The notes under the pieces were generated by a model. It was not told where the DNA came from. It made no database searches and was given only the letters and a program-made list of their open reading frames with translations. A stretch of DNA of 64,000 nt from the human T2T-CHM13v2.0 reference genome, Homo sapiens, in assembly GCF_009914755.1 (NCBI RefSeq), contig NC_060925.1; one strand, written 5' to 3'. Shown here piece by piece: positions 46,735-64,000 of the stretch; the first letter of the stretch is position 1; the number at the start of each line of letters is the position of its first letter. The position numbers were made by a program, and so were the translations under genes.

Positions 46735-48370
46735 TTATTTAAAAGTGCATTTGCATGGAAATTAACACATTTTGCATGGAAATTAACACATTATTGAGAA
46801 GAATCTTGAGACCTGAGTTTCAACTTCTGTCTCCTTACCACATTCTGCACAAGCCATCAAGTGACTGATGACTCTGGAGCAGGAGGGAAAAGAAGATGGA
46901 TGACCTACCAGTAGAGCCTGGAAAATCCACAAACCCAGTAACCCAGTGCAAAAGAAAAAAACCAAAACCAAAAAAACATATTTCCCTCACCAAGAGTGAC
47001 TGACAGAACAGATTTCAGTTTTCATAGGCTCAGTGACCTTCCAGACAGAAAGCATCTCACCCTGGCACCCACATATAAGCACTTCTTCCTCTTACCAGGC
47101 CATTCCTTCTGTTGCCCTCTGAGTAAAGAACAAGAATAAGACATTTTCCTTCATACAACCTACTTTTCACACTTCTGCCCCCAGGCTTGTTTTTTATGAA
47201 GAGGCCCTTCTTAATCCTTCAGATCCCAGCTGAGATATTATTTCCTCAGGACATGTTTTCCAGCTCTACAGACTAGGTCAGTTGCTTTCATAGCACTTAC
47301 TGAAGTGTAATAGCATGTGTGCTTGATCACCTAATGCCTGTCTGCACAGCAAGACTGTCAGTTCCAGGAGAGTAGTGACCACTTCTGTTTAGCAAACTGT
47401 GGTATCCACAGCGATGACACATAGGCACTTAGCTATCTCTTATGTGTATGATGAAAATGAATTGTTTTACCATCCTTTCTTGATTTCATTATAACAGTGA
47501 ATTATTGTCTCCCTACTGTCTTGCCTTTTTAATTCTTACCTAGTTCCAGCTGTCTGACTTTCCATCCATTGCCCTTGTCTACTTTGCCACTTCCTTTTCA
47601 TCTTCTAGACTCCTGAGGAGGAGTTCCTTGAAGGTTCAGTTTTTCTCTCTCTGTTTTTTGCCTTGGAGAGCTAATGTATTTTTGCAGCTCCTTCATCCCC
47701 TTTTTGGGGCTGCCTGGCAGTTTGACCTTTCACTTGAGCTCCGGTGCCAGCTCTCTGGCTGTTTTTCTGGGCACTTCTATTTGGATTTCCTACTCTCACC
47801 TCAGATTCAATATGTCCAGATGTGATTATGTTAATATGAGAGTTGAGTTTTACTCAAACTTCTTTAAGTAAAAAAGGCAATTCAGGGACTTGTGCAGTTG
47901 GGAGAGATGCTGAAATAGCTCACAGAATAATGGGAAGAAGAGCGGCAAAAACCAGGGCCTCGGGGACTAAAACTGGGGATTTGGTGCCTGTTGGTGTCTG
48001 TGTATCCATCTGTCTCTCTCCTATGCTTTTCCTTGTCTCTAGTCTCTTGCTTTTCCACTTCTCATGATATGCTAGCCAAATAGCTTTCACTGGGCCCAAC
48101 CATACATTTTCTCAGAATAGGAGATCAGAAGAAAGTAAATTTCTTAGACACAGAATCCATATATTGATCCCAGGGAATGACTCTGGCCCAACTTACCTCA
48201 TGCGCCTAATCCCTTGGCTCAGTCACAGTTGCCAAGGGGGATGGGAATACCATGATTGGCCTGTATTGGGTCACAGGCCAATCCTTGTTAGGGAGAGGGG
48301 CTTGATTGTGGTCTCACCAGTATAGCCTGGCTTCTCAAGTTTTTTGTTGTTGTTGTTTCATTTTTTTTGA

Positions 48371-48529
<159 letters not shown>

Positions 48530-49135
48530 TAGTAGAGACGGAGTTTTACCAGGTTGGTCAGGCTAGTCTTGAACTCCTGATCTCAGGTAATCTGCCTGCC
48601 TTGGCCTCCCAAAGTGCTGGGATTACAAGCATGAGCCACCGTGCCCAGCCGCTTCTCAAGTTTTTAAGGTTCAGTAAATATCCTCTACCTGAAAGGAGGT
48701 AGAGTTCTCTCGCTACTCATATTGATCTCTTCTCCCTTTTAAGAAACATTCATTTTTACCTTTAATCACATAGTATAACTAACAGATAAAAGGCTTTTAT
48801 TTTCACCCCAGACTCAGACTCATTGTTTATGTCCTCATGTTGTTAGATCACTGTTTCACCTGTGTCTGATTTGTCTTCCTAACTAGATACTAAGCATCTA
48901 AGAAACCATGTCTTAACACATCTTATGTATACCCTAGGATTTAGTACAGTCGCAAGCATGTAGTGTATATCGGTAAGAACTTGTAAACAAATTAGATTTT
49001 GGCTTATCCCACTCCTGCTTGGTTTCTCTTAATCCTATTATGATTTCTTTTTTGTCTTATGTATCTTTCTGATATGTAACATATTCACGGCAGGGCCTGG
49101 GCACCTGCTTTCATGGACCAGGTGCAGGGATCTAA

Positions 49136-49342
<207 letters not shown>

Positions 49343-50067
49343 TAATGGACTCAACAGGGGGAAGGGTTGCATGGAGGAGGTGGCTTGAGCTGTCGCCTAT
49401 TGATCAAGAGCCAAATCTATGTTAGGCATCTATAGATCTTTCCGTGATAGCTTGTTGATTATTTAGTTTCATTGATATCATTATCATCCCAGTTCTACCA
49501 ACTTGTATTGTTTCCTTGCTTGTTAGCACTTTTGCTAGACTAGGCAGGAGTGAAGTGAACCTCTCATTGCTTACTGGTAATGTTAGTTAAAAGATGGCCA
49601 GGTTTACCCCTGTTCACTTGGGAAGGTAAAATTTTAAAAAACGGTGGCTAGAGAAGGAAACTATTAGCTCAGTCTCAGGGTCTTTGAATTTTCATCATTC
49701 ATCTTCCCTTGGGGAGGTCAGTGGGTATTTGGCATAGCTATGGGGAACCCAACAGGGCACTAACTAGACAGTCATAACCCCTGTTTTTGAGGACCTCAGA
49801 GTCCAACAAAGAAGTCAAGACTGATAAAAATACAAACAGCAGATAATATAATTACCAAGGTTAACTGGCTGTGTAAAATATTAGAAAAAGTGGCTGGGCA
49901 CGGTAGCTCATCCCTGTAATCCCAGCACTTTGGGAGGCCAAGGCAGGTGGATTGTCTGAGGTCAGGAGCTTCAGACCAGCCTGACCGACATGGTGAAACC
50001 CTGTCTCTACTAAAAATACAAAAATAAGCTGGGCGTGGTGGCAGGTGCCTGTAATCTCAGCTGCTTA

Positions 50068-50172
<105 letters not shown>

Positions 50173-50398
50173 TCAAAACAAACAAAAGAATGGACTGGCA
50201 GGGCTCGGTGGCTCATGCCTGTAATCCCAGCACTTTGGGAGGCCAAAGCGGGCGGATTACCTGAGGTCAGGAGTTTGAGACCAGCCTCACCAACATGGTG
50301 AAACCCCATCTCTACTAAAAATACAAAAATTAGCTGGGCATGGTGGCACCTGCCTGTAATCCCAGCTACTTGGGAGACTGAGGCAGGAGAATTGCTTA

Positions 50399-50900
<502 letters not shown>

Positions 50901-51236
50901 CTATGTCAAGTAACAGAGGAGGCTGAGGTATCCCCTGAGCTCTAGGGAAGGTAGGCCTCCCTCCCAGACCATTTCATTCACTCATCAAATATTTGTTATA
51001 TGCTGGGCATTTTTCTAGGTGCTAGGGTTAAAGTAGTGAACAAATCAGATAAAAATCCTTGCCTTCCTGGAGCTTACGTTCTAGAAGGGGGACTTAGACA
51101 AAAATTAAGTAATTATAAAATATGCCATATGACCATAAATATTATGGGAAAAGTGAAACAAGGGAGGGGGTAATAAGTTCCAGTGATTGATTTCAAATTA
51201 AAATAGGATAGCCAGGTATGCCTCACTGGGAGGTGA

Positions 51237-51593
<357 letters not shown>

Positions 51594-52011
51594 ATTGTGG
51601 AACAAAGTTATTGTGTTGTTTTCCTCTCTCTTCCCAGTAAACCCTTGTTGGAATCTGGGTATATGTATTCTACATATGGTTAGTTTGTTCACAGGTTCAT
51701 AATAAGTGCTCACTGAGTGCAAAGCGTTGTACAAGGCACTTGGGGTTACATATTACAAAAGGAGTTTGCAGGGATTACTGTCTAACAAAGCAGACAATTC
51801 ATTGCAAAATGTAGTGGTATTCTGAAAGAGGATGGAGGTTAAGAACTAACACTGGAGGTTACTAGGATACAACTGGACCAATTTTAGAATCTTGCTGGAG
51901 AAAGTGGCTTCATGATGCCACTTGAAGAAGGGAGGGGTTGGATGGCATGGACAGATGAAGTCAGGTAGTTCCATATCAGTTGGGAAGCTTGGACAAAGAC
52001 CTAGAGGTAGA

Positions 52012-52436
52012 CGTATTAGTCCATTCTTGCATTGCTATAAAGAAATACCTAAAGTTGGGTGATTTGTAGAGAAAATATGTTTATTTTGGCTCATGGTTTG
52101 GTTCTGCAGGCTGTGTGTGCCACATCTGCTTCTGATGAGAGCCTCAGGGAGCTCTGCATCACCATGGAAGGCAAAGATGAGCAGCGTGTCACATGGCAAG
52201 AGAGGGAGCAAGAGAGTGAGGGAGAAAAAGAGAAGGGAAGTACCACACACTTTTAACCAGGCAGATCTTATGTGAACTTAGAACAAGAGCTCACTCATCG
52301 CCAAGGGGATGGTGCTAAGACATTGATAAGGGATCCGTCCCCATGATCCAAACACCTCCCGCCAGGCCCTGCCTCTAACACTGGAGATTACATTTCAACA
52401 TGAGATTTGGGGGGGACAAACATCCAAACCATATCA
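52012..52436 (-). mobile_element. MST-type (MSTA/MSTB) MaLR solo LTR
   Basis: Minus strand begins TGATATGGTTTGGATGTTTGTCCCC; near-TSD GTAGA/GTAGG. Confidence 0.85.
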
Positions 52437-52984
52437 GTAGGAGAATAAGTCATCACAAATAAGGGGAAGAGTTTTTCCCCTCCAGAATATAGAGTGTGAA
52501 ATAGAATGTAAAGGAGCTGAGGCAAGTCAGCTTTCCCTGCAGAATTATTCTGATGGCAGCTTTTAGAAGGTCTGGAAAGGGGCTGGGCACGGTGGCTCAC
52601 ACCTGTAATCCCAGCACTTTGGGAGGCTGAGGCAGGCAGATCACTTGAGGTCAGGAGTTACAGACAAGCCTGGCCAACATGGTGAAACCCTGTCTCTACT
52701 AAAAAATACAAAAATTATCCAGGCGTGGTGGCACGCACTTGTAGTCCTAGCTACTCTGGAGGCTAAGGACTAAGGCAGGAAAATCGCTTGAACCCAGGAC
52801 GGGGAGGCTACAGTGAGCTGAGATTGTGCCACTGCATTCCAGCCTGGGCGACAGAGCGAGACTCCCTCTCAAAAAAAAAAAAAAAAAAAAAAGTCTGGAA
52901 AGCCATTGTCAGCTTCCAGATAGTGATGAGACACATGTAAGATAGTAGAAACACTACGGGCAAAACATTTTGATGTGGAGGGAG

Positions 52985-55200
<2,216 letters not shown>

Positions 55201-55212
55201 AGATTTTTTTTA

Positions 55213-55653
<441 letters not shown>

Positions 55654-55722
55654 CTATACTAGCAGGTAGATGTGAACTGAATATATGTTTTTTTAATATT
55701 ATTTTCTAATTTACACAGTGGT

Positions 55723-56183
55723 GGTATATTAGTTTCCTATTGCTGCTATAACAAATTACCACAAACCTAGTGTCACAACACAAATTTATTCTCTCTTATA
55801 GTTCTGTAGATCCGAAGTCTGAACAGATCAGGTATCACTGGGCTAAAATCAGGAGGTCCTTTTTTGGAGGTTCTAGAGGAGACCCGGTTTCCTTCTCTTC
55901 TCCGGTTTCTATAGGCACCACTTCCTGCATTTTTAGAACCACAAAATTGCATCTCTGTGCATTCTCCTGCAGTCACATCTCCTCTTCCACTTTTAAGGAC
56001 CCTTGTGATTATATTGAGCCCACCCTGGTAATCTGGGATAATCTCCCATTTTAAAGTTATTTAATTGGCCACCTTAATTCCATCTGCAATCTTAATTACC
56101 CTTTACCATGTAATTTTTAATTGATGGGTTCTGCGGATTAGCACATTGTCATCTTCGGGGGAAGGGGTCATTATTCTACCTAT
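55723..56183 (-). mobile_element. MLT1-type MaLR LTR
   Basis: TATTAGTTTCCTATTGCTGCTATAACAAATTACCACAAAC terminus and AAGGACCCTTGTGATTATATTGAGCCCACC. Confidence 0.7.
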
Positions 56184-56527
56184 GGTTGCAGAGGCGTGAC
56201 TGATAGTAGAAGGAGATGAGATCAGAAAGGTAGTGAGGATACCAGATCATGTGTAGGGCATTGCAGGATATTTTAAAGACTTTGGCTTTTACTCTGAGTG
56301 AAATGGGAAGCTATTTTAACATTAGAGGATTGTTAAAAAAAAAAAAAGTCATGTGGGCCAGGTGCAGTAGCTCATGCCTATAATCTCAGCACTTTGGAGG
56401 CCGAGGCAGGTGGATCACTTGAACCCAGGAGTTTAAGACCAGCCTGAGCAACATAGCAAGACCTCGTCTCTACAAAAACAAAAATTAGCCAGGCATGGTG
56501 GCACATGCCTGTAGTCCCAGCTACTCA

Positions 56528-59440
<2,913 letters not shown>

Positions 59441-59584
59441 TTGATGGGGACCAAATGTGCTCCCCCTCCCATCCAAGGCCCCCCTTCTCCAGATCAAGCA
59501 GCCCAGTTCCTTTAACACTCTCCTGCAGTTTTCATGAAAACTTGCCTGTTTATTGCCCATCTCAGATGCGACACTGCTAACTGA

Positions 59585-60327
<743 letters not shown>

Positions 60328-60444
60328 TGATCTGCCCACCACAGCCTCCCAAAGTGCTGGGATTACAGGTGTGAGCCACTACGCCCGGCCCCCACCCCCG
60401 CCTTTTTTTTTTTTTTAAGCATATGGAACTCAGGCGATGGGATT

Positions 60445-60543
60445 TTTCTTTTCTTTCTTTCCTTCCCTCCTTCTTTCCTTTCTTCCTTCCTTCCTTCCTT
60501 CTATCTTTCTTTCTTTCTCTCTTTCCTTTCTTTCTTTCTTTTT
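60445..60543 (+). repeat. (CTTT/CCTT)n pyrimidine microsatellite in an Alu tail
   Basis: Directly visible. Confidence 0.9.
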
Positions 60544-60545
60544 GA

Positions 60546-60743
<198 letters not shown>

Positions 60744-61710
60744 TGAACTCCTGACCTCATGATCCGCCCGCCTCAGCCGCCCAAAGTGCTGGGATTACAG
60801 GCAGGAGCCACCACGCCCTGCCGTATTTTTCATCTTCTAACATTTGTGAACCACTTGGTAGGAGTTTGGTGTAAAGTCAAATCACCAGTTTCAAGTAGTA
60901 ACACATTTTAAAACAATACACTTTTTTTAAAGTTTCACAATAGTGAAAAAAAAATCAGTGTTTCCCCCCCGTTCTTGACAGTTTTTTTCCATTGCTGTAT
61001 GCACAGAACAGTGCCTGTCACATAGCTGTCACTCTAAGTATTTGCTACCTATTTGACTAATAAAATTAAATACATACATATTTGAGACAGTGTCTCACTC
61101 TGTCACCCAGGCTGGAGTGCAGTGGTGCGTTCATAGCTCACTTCAGCCTCAGTCTCCTGGGCTCAAGTGATTCTCCAGCTTCAGCCTTCTGAGTAGCTGG
61201 GACTAAAGGCACGCCCCCACTATGCTCGGCTAATTTTTTTCATTTTTTTGTAGAGACGGGATCTCCCTATGTTGCCCAGGCTGGTCTTAAACTCTTGGCC
61301 TCAAGTGATCCTCCCAACTTGGCCTCCCACAGTGTGGGGTTACAGGCATGAGCCACCTTGCTTGCCCAAAATTAAATATTGAAATAGATAAATACTTATT
61401 GAATGGATAAGTGGGAATGATAATATTGTTTACAAATTAATCCGGCTGAGAAGAAAGGCAAGTGAAGAGAAAACAATCAGCCAGGGAGCACAGCCCAGCC
61501 AAGAGAGTGGGGGGCACCCCTTCCCGTCGGCCACCAGGGGAGTTGGAGAGGGAGGACGTACCCTTCCCCACCCTGCTCCCTCCCCCAGCTCACAAGCTGT
61601 GGGCTGATGCGGCCGCTGGTCCCTGCTCTCAATACCTGAATGAACTATTTGGCTGAAAGCCTAGGGTGAGGTGTTCGGGGGACGGAGAGCAGGGCGTGGA
61701 CTTCGCTCCG

Positions 61711-61724
61711 CCGCTAGGTGGCGG
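61711..61724 (+). promoter_or_regulatory. CTCF-like motif CCGCTAGGTGGCGG in a small GC-rich unique island (~61480-61830)
   Basis: Close to the CTCF core CCASYAGRKGGC; a second weaker site CCACCAGGGGAG at 61531-61542. Confidence 0.6.
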
Positions 61725-62503
61725 GCTGGCTCAGGACAGGTGAGCCCGGCAGAGAGTGCCGGAGGGGGAGGAGCCCAGCAGGGAAGGGCAGAGGGGCACC
61801 CTGGCGGTGGGAGGGGATCTGCGTAGGACCTCAGCAACGTTGGGGGACATTTCCCTTGGGTGGAGTCAAGGATGCGACATCGTTCAAGAAAATATTTCAT
61901 TCAGGAGTTGGGAGCAGAGACCATGCTATGCCCAGTATGAGGGGAAGGGGTGAGGGAGTGTCACCTCAAGGCACCCCCCGTCCAGAGAAAGGGGTGGAAG
62001 TATAAATCCCAGTGGGGTGCCCTGTGCTCTAATTCGGGGAGAAAATGCAGCAAGGAGTCCAAAGGCAGGGGTAGTTTCCTAAGGAATCATATTTGAGGTG
62101 CGCCTTGCAGGCGGAGTTCTGTTTTAACAGAAGCAGCATGTGGGTAACAGCCTGAACAAGTACAGAGCCTGGAAAATGACTCTTTCAACCCGGAGGGAGG
62201 AACAGGCTGCGTTGGGGAGGGGTCTTCTCAGTTCCCCGCTGGAGATGGGCCTGCCTTCTTCTGTCAGAAGGGTTTGGTGGCTGGAGGAGAGCGAGGTGTT
62301 GGGGGGTGTGGGGTTGTGTGTGGCGTGTGTCTGAATTGCAAAGAGGAGTGAAGGCTTCCAGCGACACCTTGACCACAGGCTGGCTCTCCAGCATCTGGAG
62401 GAATCAGAAGGAGAAGGGACGTTCTAAAATGATCATGGAGGGCCGGGCGTGTTGGTTCACGCCTGTAATCACAGCACTTTGGGAGGCCAAGGCAGATGGA
62501 TTA

Positions 62504-62750
<247 letters not shown>

Positions 62751-64000
62751 TCATGGAAGAACTGGGGACCTGATTGTGTGGTTCTGCACCCCCCACCTGT
62801 TGCTTCATTTATGCATGTAATCTACAGATACTCCCTGAGCACCTATTCCATCTGGCATTGTGCTGGGCACCAGATAGAGGTCAATGAGACAGGGCCCTTG
62901 CCCTTGAGAGGTTCATAGTCTACCCAAAAAGATACATAAACAATTCATTACAATACTACATAATAATAAAGTGACAATAGCTCTTCACTGTTTATTCTGT
63001 CCTGGGTACTTGATACACAGCATCTTAGAGTCACAACCACCTGGTCAACCTCGTAGTGGCATCCCCATTTTAATAAACAGAGAGATTGAGGCCCAGAGAG
63101 GTTAAGTAATTAGTTCAAGGTCATCCAGTTTGCTTGAGCAGAAGCGAGATTGAAATCCAGATCTGTTTGACTCCAAAACTGTGCTCTTTCCACTGTACCA
63201 TGAGCTCCTACTTAAGGAGTCTATACCCAGAGAGAGGGCATAGGAGTGGGTGTCGGGGGAAGGTTCCCCAAGGTGGGCAGGAGACTTGGAGAATGTGTTG
63301 GAGGCAAGTGGAAAAAGGGGATGCCAAGCCAAGGGAAATACATCAGAGGCCAAGTGCCCTGTGTTTCAGGAAGAGTGAAAAGCCTCAGCTGTCCAGGGCC
63401 AGGCTGGACCCTCAGCCCTTCAATCTAGTGGTCTCCATGACAACAGGCTCACCCAGGTCTTTAGAAGTGCATTTTCCTGGAATTGGCACAGTAGAGGCAT
63501 GGCCCATCTCTTTGTCTCTGACTGGTGAGCTGGCTGTTTCCCAGGCTTCCCCCTCTCCCAGATTGCTCACTTTCTGCTCAGGCTGTCTCTTCTCCCAAGA
63601 GCAGCAAGAGGCTCACTTATCTTTGCAATTTCTTTCTATTTGGAAGTTACTTTCCTCTTTAGCTGCTTGTATGCATGCTTCAAGAAACAGAAATATTTTC
63701 TGAGTATTTTCAGTTGCACTGCATCTTCCTACATGGTATGTTATAAGGATCCTTTAAGATTAGGAGAAGCTGTGGGAGATTTAAGCCATTGCTACTTTAC
63801 TCCCAAATTCATCACCAGGATTTAAAGATTTTAAGCTCATAACTCATGTTGCCATATGTGAACTGCTCAGAAAATGTTTTCCTAGAGCACTTCTGCAGAG
63901 CCATCTTTATTATTCTCATCTGTTTGGTAAGTAGGTTTGTGAATAATAGTTTTGATAAATTCTACCAGCATTTTACCAGTTCAAAAGCACCTTTTTTTTT

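Noticed and set aside
63134-63703. 189-aa ORF near the window end
   Set aside because: Non-ATG start inside a MIR-like repeat, no recognisable homology or exon structure.

Overview
Alu-dense hominid DNA, almost certainly human (recognised from memory as the chr1q22 GLMP-VHLL-CCT3-TSACC interval). On the minus strand: the first coding exon and promoter of GLMP (1-108), the intronless VHL retrocopy VHLL (3237-3656, 139 aa), and the complete 14-exon CCT3 gene (CDS 13668-42795; the exons I mapped sum to 1638 nt = 545 aa + stop). Head-to-head on the plus strand is TSACC (3 coding exons, 378 nt = 125 aa + stop), sharing a CpG-rich bidirectional promoter. The rest is roughly 85-90 Alu copies or fragments (manual count), an SVA with TSDs in CCT3 intron 5, a MER61-type LTR, MaLR LTRs, Tigger2/Tigger3a/MER2/MER82 DNA-transposon fossils, an ERVL-type pol fossil and old L1/L2/MIR pieces. 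Almost all ORFs in the supplied track are Alu/SVA artefacts. I found no convincing new protein-coding system. The best second-look items are (i) one MIR in TSACC intron 2 that has captured two ~170-190 bp copies of nearby sequence plus a tail-less Alu (a templated-insertion hotspot), (ii) a strong candidate poison exon in CCT3 intron 1, (iii) a VHLL-CCT3 hypothesis (VHLL keeps the TRiC-binding strands of VHL but loses the Elongin BC box, and lies downstream of CCT3 on the same strand), and (iv) unusual TSACC splice and polyA signals. Gene and repeat-family names come from recognition, not from database searches.
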